NCBI GenBank assembly: GCA_963779755.1
Contig: CAVZZO010000003.1
Coordinates: 448,001-512,000 of the forward strand
Source: an uncultured Gemmatimonadales bacterium
GTDB lineage: Bacteria > Gemmatimonadota > Gemmatimonadetes > Gemmatimonadales > GWC2-71-9
Length of the DNA stretch: 64,000 nt
Reading direction: 5' to 3'
Shown here: positions 1-8,827 of the stretch, one piece after another
Position numbering within the stretch: the stretch's first letter is position 1
How the letters are laid out: each line of letters starts with the position of its first letter
The notes under the pieces: generated by a model
What the model saw: only the letters and a program-made list of their open reading frames with translations
Databases searched by the model: none
Told to the model about the DNA's origin: nothing
Program-made: the position numbers and the translations under genes

Positions 1-490
1 AGAGCACGTTCATCTGCACCAGGTAGATCCGGCCGAACCGGCGGGTCTCGCAGGCATGTTTGAGCAGCTGAATGGTCGAATTGCGCCGGTTCTGCTTGAC
101 GACGAAGAGCATCACGCCGGCGACGTCGCAGGCGTGCACCATCGCCTTGGCGTCGTTCCACCGCGTCGCCATCGGTTTCTCCGTTACCACGTGCCGCCCC
201 GCCTGCGCGACCTGGATTGCCTGCTCGGCGTGGATGCCGCTGGGGGTGGCCAGGACGATGACATCGGCATCGCCTCCCGCCAGCAGGGCATCCAGCGAAG
301 GAAATCCGGGCGCCCCGGTCGCTGCCACGGCGGCCGCCAGCGCACCCCGGTCGATATCGCAGACGCCGACCAGCTCGGCGTTCTCCCGGTGCGCCGCCAG
401 CGCCTCGAAATGCTTGCCGGAAATCCTCCCGCATCCTACCACGGCAAAGCGGATACGGCGGCCCAGAATGCGCGCGTCGGGTGTGATCAT
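1..490 (-). CDS. Gfo/Idh/MocA-family NAD-dependent oxidoreductase (WlbA/WbpB-like sugar-nucleotide dehydrogenase), 3' end outside window
   Basis: Manual translation from ATG at 490: MITPDARILGRRIRFAVVGCGRIS...IVLATPSGIHAEQA...HVVTEKPMA...KQNRRN; Rossmann motif and EKP motif. Not in the ORF track because it runs off the edge. Confidence 0.85.
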   Translation of the reverse strand, partial: MITPDARILGRRIRFAVVGCGRISGKHFEALAAHRENAELVGVCDIDRGALAAAVAATGAPGFPSLDALLAGGDADVIVLATPSGIHAEQAIQVAQAGRHVVTEKPMATRWNDAKAMVHACDVAGVMLFVVKQNRRNSTIQLLKHACETRRFGRIYLVQMNVL

Positions 491-563
491 CGACTGATCC
501 TGAAGTGGTGGAAAGGAGCGGGTATCGAGGACGATCTAATATAGCGGGCGGGGACAGGTGGTA

Positions 564-643
564 AGAGACAAGGGACAAGGGACAAGGGACCAGGGACAGG
601 GGACAAGGCCTTCCTGCCCCGTGTCCCCTGTCCCTGGTCCCCT
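564..643. repeat. Inverted pair of heptamer arrays (GGGACAA-type / TGTCCCY-type)
   Basis: gagacaa gggacaa gggacaa gggacca gggacag gggacaa ... tgtcccc tgtccct ggtcccc. Confidence 0.9.
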
Positions 644-673
644 CTTCCGCGCCACGCTTTCTCCCGGAACGCG

Positions 674-1135
674 CTACGCCGCCGTAGCCTCCCCCCGCTC
701 CGCCGCCGCATACAGGCCGCCCAGCGTCGCCCCGAAGGCAAGATTCACCAGCACGAAGGCGACGACGGGCAGCACGCCCCAGTTGATCAGGAACGGGCCG
801 GGACGCCCGAAGCCGGGCGGAAAGGCCGGAACCAGCCACAACAGCAGGCCCAGCACGAGCATCTGGGCCACTGCGTAGCGAGCTCCCAGCTTCCAGTCGC
901 CGTGGTGCGCCGCGTAGTGGAAGGTGGCGGCGTAGAGCCAGCCCAGGAATCCGCCCCCGATGACGAAGAGGCTGAGCCCCAGCGATCCGATCCCGCGGCT
1001 GGGCGGATGGAAGAAAAGGCTGCCGATGATGTAGGGAATGTCCACGTTGAGGCCGAACAGCCCGACCACCCAGATCACCCCGGCGGCAACCAGGCCCGCG
1101 ACAGCCCCCAGAAGAAACGAGCGGGTCCAATGCAT
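674..1135 (-). CDS. Hypothetical integral membrane protein (~4 TM helices)
   Basis: 153 aa ORF, AGGAG RBS upstream, four hydrophobic segments. Confidence 0.75.
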   Translation of the reverse strand: MHWTRSFLLGAVAGLVAAGVIWVVGLFGLNVDIPYIIGSLFFHPPSRGIGSLGLSLFVIGGGFLGWLYAATFHYAAHHGDWKLGARYAVAQMLVLGLLLWLVPAFPPGFGRPGPFLINWGVLPVVAFVLVNLAFGATLGGLYAAAERGEATAA

Positions 1136-1339
1136 GCGTGCGCTCCTGCTGACGTGTGGCTATTCCATACGCCGTTCGCCCCGGAAGGGGCTGTGATGTA
1201 GCATACAGGAGTCGCTCGTCGCTCGTCCGCAAACGTACCTGGTCGGCGAGGCTCCGCCACGACCCTGCTCATGACCGGAGCAGCCGGCGACGAGCGACGA
1301 GCGGCGCAACCCGTAACTCCCCGAACCCCTCGACCTCGC

Positions 1340-2569
1340 ATGCCCAGCCACCGTCTTGACTTTCCCGGCGCCTCGGGCGACCGGCTCGCCGCCCTGCTCG
1401 ATCTTCCCGCCGGTGCACCGCCGGTGGCCTGGGCGCTCTTCGCCCACTGTTTCACCTGCTCCAAGGATCTCAAGGCGGCGGTCTCTATCGCGCGCGAGCT
1501 CAACCGGCACCGTATCGCCGTGCTGCGATTCGACTTCACGGGGCTGGGCGAGAGCGAGGGCGACTTCGCCGGCACTTCTTTCAGCGCCAATGTCGCCGAC
1601 CTGGTCGCGGCGGCCGGCTTCATGGCCCGGGAGCACACCGCCCCCGCCATCCTGGTGGGCCACTCCCTGGGTGGCGCCGCCGTCCTGCATGCCGCGTCCT
1701 CCATCCCCTCGGCCCGGGCCGTGGCCACCATCGGGGCGCCGTTCGATCCCGCGCACGTGCGCACCTTGCTGGCCGGCACCGAGGATCTCATCCGGCGCGA
1801 GGGATCCGCGCTGGTACGGCTGGGAGGCCGCTCGGTGAGGATCGGGCGCGAATTTCTGGAGGACCTGGAGACCGGCAGGAGCGAAGCGGCCATAAGTACC
1901 CTGGGCTGTGCCCTGCTGGTGCTCCACTCTCCGGTCGACCGCATCGTGGGCATCGAGAACGCCGCCCGGATTTATCAGGCCGCGCGCCATCCCCGCAGCT
2001 TTATCGCGCTGGACGGGGCCGATCACCTGCTGAGCGATGAGGACGATGCCCGCTACGCGGCCGCCGTGCTGGCCGTATGGGCCGGGCGTTACGTGGAGAG
2101 CCCGCCGGAGGAAACGCTGGACCAGCTGCGCACCGGTTACCGGGTGACGGCGCGACTCGGCGGCGAGGGTCTGGCGACAGAGGTCATGGCGGGCGGCCAC
2201 GCCCTCACGGCGGACGAGCCGGTGGCGGTGGGCGGCAGCGACCAGGGGCCTTCGCCCTACGAGCTGGTGGCGGCGGCGCTGGGCGCCTGCACCGCCATGA
2301 CGCTGCGGCTCTACGCCGGCCGCAAGGGCTGGGACCTCCGGGAAGTCGAGGTGGGCCTGCACCACAGCCGGCTGCACGCCGAGGACGAGCGCGAGTGCGA
2401 GCACCGGCCGGCTCGAATGGACCGGCTCGACCGCCGGATCCGGCTGGAGGGGACCCTGACCCAGGACCAGCGCCGGCGCCTCCTGGAAATCGCCGACCGC
2501 TGCCCCGTGTACCGCACACTCGAAGCTGGCATCCAGGTAGTCACCGAGGAGGTGGCGCCGCCGGGATAG
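1340..2569 (+). CDS. Bifunctional alpha/beta hydrolase - OsmC family protein
   Basis: AHCFTC, FDFTGLGESEG, GHSLGG nucleophile elbow, ADHLL; C-terminal OsmC domain with LGACT...DRCPV; start taken at MPSHRLDF. Confidence 0.9.
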   Translation: MPSHRLDFPGASGDRLAALLDLPAGAPPVAWALFAHCFTCSKDLKAAVSIARELNRHRIAVLRFDFTGLGESEGDFAGTSFSANVADLVAAAGFMAREHTAPAILVGHSLGGAAVLHAASSIPSARAVATIGAPFDPAHVRTLLAGTEDLIRREGSALVRLGGRSVRIGREFLEDLETGRSEAAISTLGCALLVLHSPVDRIVGIENAARIYQAARHPRSFIALDGADHLLSDEDDARYAAAVLAVWAGRYVESPPEETLDQLRTGYRVTARLGGEGLATEVMAGGHALTADEPVAVGGSDQGPSPYELVAAALGACTAMTLRLYAGRKGWDLREVEVGLHHSRLHAEDERECEHRPARMDRLDRRIRLEGTLTQDQRRRLLEIADRCPVYRTLEAGIQVVTEEVAPPG

Positions 2570-2617
2570 CCCGCGTGCGAAACCGGCCGCGGGCTGGAGT
2601 GCAGCCAGACACTGAAG

Positions 2618-2646
2618 CCGGGAAGGGGCGCTCGCCCCCTCCCGGC
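2618..2646. terminator. GC-rich hairpin between convergent genes, possible bidirectional terminator
   Basis: gccgggaaggggcg-ctc-gcccctcccggc stem-loop; no U-tract. Confidence 0.45.
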
Positions 2647-2666
2647 CTCCTCCGCTTCCCTCCGGG

Positions 2667-3812
2667 TCAGTACAGCTGGGCCCAGCTGTGCTCCGCCAGC
2701 GGCGTCACCTTGGCGATGCCATTCAGGGCCCGCGAGATCGCGCAGGCGGAGAAGTCCACCACGGAGTTACCGCTGAACAGTGTCACACCCAGATTGGCGT
2801 TGCTGGCCATCAGGCCGCCGAAGAAGTGACCGCCGGTGCCGGTGCTTCGCACCGTTCCCTGTACAATGACCGGCCCATAGAATTCGAACCCCCCCTGCAC
2901 CGTCAAGTCTCCCTGGACCAGGAGCAGGCCCTGCCCCCGCCCGCCGGAGACATTGAGATCGCCGGGCGCGTAGATCACCGGGAAGTAATCGAAGCAGGGG
3001 CTCAGGGTATTGAGCGCATCGCCCCAGTTGAGCAGGTCGCTGGTGCGGCAGGTGACCGGCGGCCCGGCGTTGGTGGTGGGGCCGACGCCGGTAAGCGTCC
3101 CGCTGACGATCTTGTCGGCACCGGCGGCCAGCTGGCTGAAGCTGGTGCTTCCGAACTGGTTGAACGTGTTCGCGTTGATGGTGGTGTCCACCAGGATCTG
3201 GGGGCTGCCGGCGATGCAGCTGGCGCCGCTGCAGGCTCCGGAGGTCGTCACATTCCCGCTGGAGTCCCGGACGCCGGCCTGGGTCGGGCCCGGCGGGGGA
3301 CAGTAGGAGCCCCAGGTCGCCGGCACGGAATCCCGCCCGTTCACCTGGGAGGACCCGCTGATGTTGATGCCGTTCCGCACCGTGATGGCCGACTGCATGT
3401 TGATCAGCGGCAGGTCAAGCCGCGAGATGACGCCGATCCTGCGCCGCGCGAACACCCGTCCCGAGGCCACGCTGTCCAGGCCTACCGCCTGGATCAGAAA
3501 CAGACTGTTGTTGACCCGGGTGAGCGTGTCGGCGTAATAGCTCGTGCCTCCGAGGCTGACGGTGCCCAGCGGCAGGCTGGTTCCCACCGCGGTGCCGTTC
3601 CAGGCCTGAGCGTTCCAGTTGGCGATTGCGCTGGCGATGCCGGCCTCCGCCGCGTTGAGCGCCCGCACACTGGCGATGGTGTTATCGCCGGTCCGCTGCT
3701 CCAGCCGGGCCACATAGAAGCTCCCGACCGTGATGGCCCCCAGAATGACGAGCACGAACAGCACCAGGGGCAGGGCGATGCCGCGCCGGTTGCGAACGGT
3801 GGAGACGCGCAT
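2667..3812 (-). CDS. PilX-like type IV minor pilin with extended C-terminal domain
   Basis: MRVSTVRNRRG|IALPLVLFVLVIL (class III signal without Glu+5, as in PilX/GspK), ALNAAEAG motif; last gene of the pilin cluster. Confidence 0.8.
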   Translation of the reverse strand: MRVSTVRNRRGIALPLVLFVLVILGAITVGSFYVARLEQRTGDNTIASVRALNAAEAGIASAIANWNAQAWNGTAVGTSLPLGTVSLGGTSYYADTLTRVNNSLFLIQAVGLDSVASGRVFARRRIGVISRLDLPLINMQSAITVRNGINISGSSQVNGRDSVPATWGSYCPPPGPTQAGVRDSSGNVTTSGACSGASCIAGSPQILVDTTINANTFNQFGSTSFSQLAAGADKIVSGTLTGVGPTTNAGPPVTCRTSDLLNWGDALNTLSPCFDYFPVIYAPGDLNVSGGRGQGLLLVQGDLTVQGGFEFYGPVIVQGTVRSTGTGGHFFGGLMASNANLGVTLFSGNSVVDFSACAISRALNGIAKVTPLAEHSWAQLY

Positions 3813-3823
3813 GGCTGGGCCTC

Positions 3824-4663
3824 TCAAGGATGCGGGGTATTCCGCAGAGTGATCGACGCGACGGTACTGTCCTGCAACAGGCGAACGTTGGCGCCGCCGG
3901 CGGGATGCACCTGCCGGTCGCTCACTCCGCGGATGGTAAGCTGGATATTGCGGACCCGGCCGGCAACGCCGGTCACGTTGCCCAGCGAGTCGAGATAACT
4001 GAAAACCAGACCATTGGCGTTCAGCGGGCCGGCGACCTCCTGCATCGCCTGCCCCGCGCTTACCGAGCGGGCACCCAGGAAGGTCTTGCCGCCGGCGGTG
4101 GTCGTCCCCAGCTCCATCACCTCCGACACGCGGACCGGCGCGTCGAGCACGAAGGAGGTGAGGGGGATGCCGGTGGGGACGAGGTTCACCCCGAAATGGA
4201 TTGCGGCAGATCCGCCGCAACTGCTCGAGAGATTCACCGCGTTGATGGGTACCTCAATCCACTGGTCGTCGGTCGCGATCGTGGGATCGCCTTCCACGAA
4301 GATCAGCAGGTTGTCCCCCGGCACCGGGGGACGCAGGGCGCTGAACCGCGTCCGGCGGACCCGGACGTAGTCGTTCTGGATATCGCAGGCAAATCCGGTG
4401 GCCCGCAGGGCGCGATAGGTAATGGCGTTCGCGCTCATGCTGACGATATCCGAGGCCCCGCTGCTGGAAGCGCCCAGCTCCCGCAGTTCCTCCCCGGCGA
4501 CGGAGGCGATGGTCCGCACCCCGCTCTGCAATCCGACCTGCTCCGTCTGGGCCGTCGAGACCCGCTGCTGCTGGTTCAGCACCCGATAGATCGCGGCACT
4601 GACGATCGCCAGAAGCACCAGGGCGACGAGCATCTCGACCAGCGTAAAGCCACGGCGGGTCAT
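3824..4663 (-). CDS. PilW-like prepilin-type N-terminal cleavage/methylation protein
   Basis: MTRRG|FTLVEMLVALVLL. Confidence 0.85.
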   Translation of the reverse strand: MTRRGFTLVEMLVALVLLAIVSAAIYRVLNQQQRVSTAQTEQVGLQSGVRTIASVAGEELRELGASSSGASDIVSMSANAITYRALRATGFACDIQNDYVRVRRTRFSALRPPVPGDNLLIFVEGDPTIATDDQWIEVPINAVNLSSSCGGSAAIHFGVNLVPTGIPLTSFVLDAPVRVSEVMELGTTTAGGKTFLGARSVSAGQAMQEVAGPLNANGLVFSYLDSLGNVTGVAGRVRNIQLTIRGVSDRQVHPAGGANVRLLQDSTVASITLRNTPHP

Positions 4664-5028
4664 GTGCAGTCCAGGATAGTGTTGGTGGTGTCGGCGGCCG
4701 TCCCGCGGTGGGTGCGGTAGCTGACGATCACCCGCACGTTGCGCGAGAACCCGCTGCCGGTGACGGTCCAGACCTCGCTGGTGCCGTTGGTTCCGGTAGC
4801 CGAGCCGCTGGCCAGACTGCTGCAGCGGGGCGACGTCGCATTGGCGGTCCGGCGCAGCAGTTCCAGACGGTTGAGCGCCGTCTGGGCGGCAGCCGTGAAG
4901 CGCCGCCCCTGGCCCAGCATCTGGAACGAGAGGCCGCCAGACGTGGCCAGCGCGAGGATTCCCACGCTCAGCACGATGATGGCGATGAGGACCTCGACAA
5001 TGGTAAAGCCCCGGCGGTCGCCCGTCAT
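4660..5028 (-). CDS. PilV-like prepilin-type protein
   Basis: MTGDRRG|FTIVEVLIAIIVLSVGILALA; 4-nt overlaps with both neighbours. Confidence 0.85.
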   Translation of the reverse strand: MTGDRRGFTIVEVLIAIIVLSVGILALATSGGLSFQMLGQGRRFTAAAQTALNRLELLRRTANATSPRCSSLASGSATGTNGTSEVWTVTGSGFSRNVRVIVSYRTHRGTAADTTNTILDCT

Positions 5029-5480
5029 CGCTGGATTCTCCCGAAACCGGTGATCATGATCGAATCGACAATCCCCGCGTTCGACAACACGATCGTAGTG
5101 CCCAGGCGGCCGAACCCCAGGGGATCGATGGTGACCTGATTGGGCGTCGCCGCCAGCGCCACCCCATAGCCCTGGGACAGGTTGCGGACCGTGCCGATCG
5201 TATCCAGCGTGCCGCCGGCCGGCGAATTGGCGGTGATCCAGGCGCTGGTCCCGGAGACGTTCAGTGTCGTGGTGCGACTGGTCTGCACCGCCGCCGCCCG
5301 CGCCTGAGAATACAGGCTCACCAGCACCACCCGTGCGCTGCGGACGTCGCTGCGGACCTTGGCATCGCGCAATCGCGGCAGCCCGATCGCCGTCACGATG
5401 CCGATGAGCACGACGACCAGCAGCATCTCGATCAGCGAGAAGCCGCGCCGGCCGCGTACGGCGAGGGTGACTGAATGCAT
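5025..5480 (-). CDS. FimT/FimU/GspH-like prepilin-type protein
   Basis: RGRRG|FSLIEMLLVVVLIGIVTAIGLP...ARAAAV...ITGFGRI. Confidence 0.85.
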   Translation of the reverse strand: MHSVTLAVRGRRGFSLIEMLLVVVLIGIVTAIGLPRLRDAKVRSDVRSARVVLVSLYSQARAAAVQTSRTTTLNVSGTSAWITANSPAGGTLDTIGTVRNLSQGYGVALAATPNQVTIDPLGFGRLGTTIVLSNAGIVDSIMITGFGRIQR

Positions 5481-5724
5481 GGGCAGTTTCCTTTGGTGAA
5501 ACTCTGGGGCCGAGCTGTGCTTGCCGCAATTGATACTTTTCGAACAGCCAGGGACGCGCTGTATCGGAATTTGGCACGCCTCAACTGCTCAACACCACGG
5601 GTGCAGTTCCCTGCTCGCGTGGTAAGAATTTCAGCCGGCCCCTCCCACTCTGCATTTTTCGGGCGCGAGTGGCACGGTCTGCACCGAAAAGCAGGTGGAG
5701 CCCCTGCCCCTGCCCGGCGGCCCG

Positions 5725-5753
5725 TTGCGCAAGTGCATGAGCGGCGCTAACTT
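5725..5753 (+). promoter_or_regulatory. Putative sigma70 promoter for tRNA-Ser/gltX
   Basis: TTGCGC-17nt-TAACTT ending 9 nt before the tRNA. Confidence 0.55.
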
Positions 5754-5762
5754 CTGCGCCCG

Positions 5763-5854
5763 GGAGTGGTGGCCGAGAGGCTGAAGGCGCCGGTTTGCTA
5801 AACCGTTATAGGGGTCTAAAGCTCCTATCGAGGGTTCGAATCCCTCCCACTCCG
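5763..5854 (+). tRNA. tRNA-Ser(GCT)
   Basis: Acceptor GGAGTGG/CCACTCC + G discriminator, anticodon loop TTGCTAA, long variable arm, GGTTCGAATCC; CCA not encoded. Confidence 0.95.
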
Positions 5855-5856
5855 TC

Positions 5857-5902
5857 GAGTCGCTAGTCGCTAATCGCAAGGTTTGCGAGTGACTGGCGAC
5901 TT
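5857..5902. repeat. Short inverted heptamer array (TAGTCGC family) directly after tRNA-Ser
   Basis: gagtcgc tagtcgc taatcgc ... gcgagtgactggcgact. Confidence 0.6.
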
Positions 5903-5940
5903 CGTCTGGGGCCATTGTCCATCGAGAAGCGACCAGCCTC

Positions 5941-7359
5941 ATGCCTCCCCCCCGCGTCCGATTTGCCCCCTCCCCTACCGGCTATCTCCATGTGGGCGGC
6001 GCCCGCACCGCACTGTTCAACTGGCTCTTTGCCCGGCATACCGGTGGAACGTTCGTGCTGCGGATCGAGGATACCGACCGGGAGCGCAGCACCGAGGCCC
6101 ATACCCAGGTCATCCTGGACGGGCTCTCCTGGCTGGGCGTCGGCTGGGACGAGGGGCCGTTCTTCCAGGGGAGCTACACCGCCCGGCATCGCGCCGATGC
6201 CGAACAGCTGCTGGCCCAGGGCAAGGCCTATCGCTGCTTCTGCACCCGGGAAGAGCTGGAGGCGCAGCGCGCCGCGGCGGGCCACGCACCCTTCCGCTAC
6301 GACCGCCGTTGCCTGCGGCTCGAGACCGCCCACGCCACCGAACGCATGGCGCGGGGCGACCCGTTCGTGATCCGCTTCCGCATGCCCGACGACGAACTGG
6401 CCTGGGACGATGCGGTCCACGGCCGGATCAGCTTCCAGGGCCGCGACCTGGACGACCTGGTCATCCTGCGCAGCGACGGGACCCCCATCTACAACCTGGC
6501 CGTGGTCTCCGACGATATCGCCATGGACATCACCCACGTGATCCGGGGCGACGACCACATCAGCAATACCCCCAAGCAGATCGCGCTCTACCGCGCCATG
6601 GGTCGGGAGCCGCCCGTCTTCGCGCACGTGCCCATGATCCTGGGGCCCGACGGGAAGAAGCTCTCCAAGCGCCACGGCGCCACGGCGGTGGGCGACTACC
6701 GCAACCAGGGCATCCTGCCCGCCGCCATGCGCAACTTCCTGGCCCTGCTGGGCTGGTCGCCGGGCGGCGACCGGGAGATCCTGCCCGAGGCGGAGATGAT
6801 CGCCCTCTTCTCCCTGGGGGGTATCCAGAGCAAGCCCGCCGTCTTCGATCTGGCCAAGCTGGAGTGGATGAACGGGCAGTATCTCTCGATGCTCCCCTCG
6901 GAAGACCTGGTGAATCCGGTCCGGGCCGAGCTGCGCCGGCGCGGAGTGCCGGAGCCCGGGCAGGACCGCCTGCTGGGTCTCATCACGGCGGTGAAGGCCC
7001 GCAGCCGTACCATCCTGGACATCGCGCGCCAGGTGGCGGTGCGGCTCGATTCCACACCCCCCGAGGTGGACGAGAAGGGACAGGCCCTGAAGGCAAAGAT
7101 GGGGCCGGAGTTCGCCGCCAACCTGCGGCTGGTGCACGACCGGCTGGCACCCCTGGCAGGCTCCTGGACCGCCGAAGAGATCCTGCAGGCCATCCGGCAA
7201 CTGGCCGGCGACGAGAACCGCAAGCTGGGAGACCTGATGCAGCCGGTGCGGGTGGCCATCACCGGCAGTACCGTCTCCGAGCCGGTGAACGAGCTGCTGG
7301 AGGCGGTGGGCCCGGAGGTCGCGCTGGGGAAGATGGCGACGGTGCTGGAAAGCGCCTGA
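5941..7359 (+). CDS. gltX: Glutamate--tRNA ligase
   Basis: RVRFAPSPTGYLHVGG (HIGH), LRIEDTD, IRGDDH, KLSKRHG. Confidence 0.97.
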   Translation: MPPPRVRFAPSPTGYLHVGGARTALFNWLFARHTGGTFVLRIEDTDRERSTEAHTQVILDGLSWLGVGWDEGPFFQGSYTARHRADAEQLLAQGKAYRCFCTREELEAQRAAAGHAPFRYDRRCLRLETAHATERMARGDPFVIRFRMPDDELAWDDAVHGRISFQGRDLDDLVILRSDGTPIYNLAVVSDDIAMDITHVIRGDDHISNTPKQIALYRAMGREPPVFAHVPMILGPDGKKLSKRHGATAVGDYRNQGILPAAMRNFLALLGWSPGGDREILPEAEMIALFSLGGIQSKPAVFDLAKLEWMNGQYLSMLPSEDLVNPVRAELRRRGVPEPGQDRLLGLITAVKARSRTILDIARQVAVRLDSTPPEVDEKGQALKAKMGPEFAANLRLVHDRLAPLAGSWTAEEILQAIRQLAGDENRKLGDLMQPVRVAITGSTVSEPVNELLEAVGPEVALGKMATVLESA

Positions 7360-7431
7360 AGAGTCGAAGGGGTCGAGATGGCTGAGGAGGTCGAGACGCA
7401 GATCTCGACCCCCTCGACCTTCTCGACCCTC
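7360..7431. repeat. Inverted pair of nonamer arrays (GGGGTCGAG / CTCGACCCC)
   Basis: gagtcgaag gggtcgaga tggctgagg aggtcgag ... ctcgacccc ctcgacctt ctcgaccct; starts at the gltX stop. Confidence 0.85.
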
Positions 7432-7466
7432 AGTAGATCACCTTCCGTACTGCAACGCCGCCGAGC

Positions 7467-7910
7467 TCAGACCAGCAGGCCGGAGCGGAAGCGCCAGATC
7501 CGGCCCAGCAGATCGTCCAGATGGCCTTCGGTCACGAAGGCCTGGACGGCATGGGCGGTGGCGCTGACATCCATGCCCCACAGGCTGGCGCGCTTGTATT
7601 CGCTGCCGAACTCGAGCTGAATGAAGGCCCGTTCTTCCTGAGTCCAGACGGTGGGCAGGAGATCGGCAAATTGCTGGGACACCCCATTCACGCCGGGGCC
7701 CCCGATCGCCAAGGTGGGATTCAGGTGAAACAGCCGGTTCTGCAGGTACCACTCGTCGCCCACCACCACGGCGCGCCGGAAGGCGAACCCTGCGCCCCGG
7801 CGGTCGATCTCTTCTTTCAGGCGGTAGGCCAGGGGGCGGTCGCGTTCTTCGGCCCGGAGATCGGTGCCCGTAACCAGGATGATCGTCTCTTCGGTATCGA
7901 TCAGCTTCAT
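7467..7910 (-). CDS. Hypothetical protein
   Basis: 147 aa, globular alpha/beta composition, IGGPGVN motif, overlaps stop of upstream gene. Confidence 0.75.
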   Translation of the reverse strand: MKLIDTEETIILVTGTDLRAEERDRPLAYRLKEEIDRRGAGFAFRRAVVVGDEWYLQNRLFHLNPTLAIGGPGVNGVSQQFADLLPTVWTQEERAFIQLEFGSEYKRASLWGMDVSATAHAVQAFVTEGHLDDLLGRIWRFRSGLLV

Positions 7911-8827
7911 CGTGTGCCACCACTGTCGGCCGGGATGTCGGGACGGGTTCGCTGCGCCTTGCGAAAGGCGCGCTCCTGCTCTTTCCGCTCCCGGATCTCC
8001 CGGATCTGTTCCTTGAACTCGTCCATCGTCGCGGCCCGCTGCGCGGCGTGCTGCAGATCGGCGCGCATGTCCATCAGGTGATTGTATGCCCGGGCCTGAT
8101 CGATATTGCCCTGCGGCAGCGGCAGGAGCGCCAGCACCACCGCCGGGATCTTGATCCCTGCAATGTATATGTTGTGCTGGTCCACCCCAAACTTCCTGCC
8201 GCCCACCTTCGCCACCCAGCTCGGCAGCTTCATGCCCCGCGCTTCCGGCTCACGCGCCAGCGAATCGAGATAGGCCTGGAGAATGGCGGTGACCGCGCTG
8301 TCCACCCTGGCTACCTCGGTGTCGGCCAGCACCTCGCGCAGTTCGCGCGGCGTCACCGGCAGCGGCCGCACCCAGAGCACGGAATCGGCCAGCGCGGGCC
8401 GCAACGAACCCGCCTCCTGCGCCACCGCACCGGCGGTGTCGCCGCCCCCCGGCAGCCCGGGCGCAGCCAGGGTATCGCCGGCGGCGGCCTCCGGAGCGAC
8501 CGGCGCCGGCTGCTCCACCGGCTGCGGCGGGGGCCGCCGGGCTGGAGGGGCTGGGGCCATCGGAGCCTGGGGGCGGCGGGGCTCAGCACGGGACGGGAGA
8601 TAAGGCTCCATCGCGGCCGAAGAGCGCGGCGCCCTGGGCAGCACGACGATCAACTGGCCGGCGCCGGAGGGCGGCCGGGGCGGCCGGGCCCGCACCCACA
8701 CGGCGATCAGCGCTGCGTGCAGCGCCAGGCTCAGCCCCAGCGCAATCCAGAGCCACCCCCGGCGCGGGGGACGGGGAAAGAAAAGCTCAGGTGCTCGCGG
8801 CAACCGGCCCACTGCCCAGCGCGGCAC
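7907..8827 (-). CDS. Hypothetical membrane-anchored proline-rich protein (TonB-like N-terminus; start uncertain)
   Basis: TM helix LGLSLALHAALI followed by Pro/Ala-rich linker and charged helical C-terminus. Confidence 0.7.
   Translation of the reverse strand: MPRWAVGRLPRAPELFFPRPPRRGWLWIALGLSLALHAALIAVWVRARPPRPPSGAGQLIVVLPRAPRSSAAMEPYLPSRAEPRRPQAPMAPAPPARRPPPQPVEQPAPVAPEAAAGDTLAAPGLPGGGDTAGAVAQEAGSLRPALADSVLWVRPLPVTPRELREVLADTEVARVDSAVTAILQAYLDSLAREPEARGMKLPSWVAKVGGRKFGVDQHNIYIAGIKIPAVVLALLPLPQGNIDQARAYNHLMDMRADLQHAAQRAATMDEFKEQIREIRERKEQERAFRKAQRTRPDIPADSGGTR

Noticed and set aside
5570..5685. TGGCAC motifs as sigma54 promoters for the pilin cluster
   Set aside because: The -12 GC is at the wrong spacing in both copies and they point away from the pilin genes.
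5763..5854. tRNA-Ser or tRNA-Gln as integration site of a genomic island
   Set aside because: No integrase and no duplicated tRNA 3' end seen in the window.
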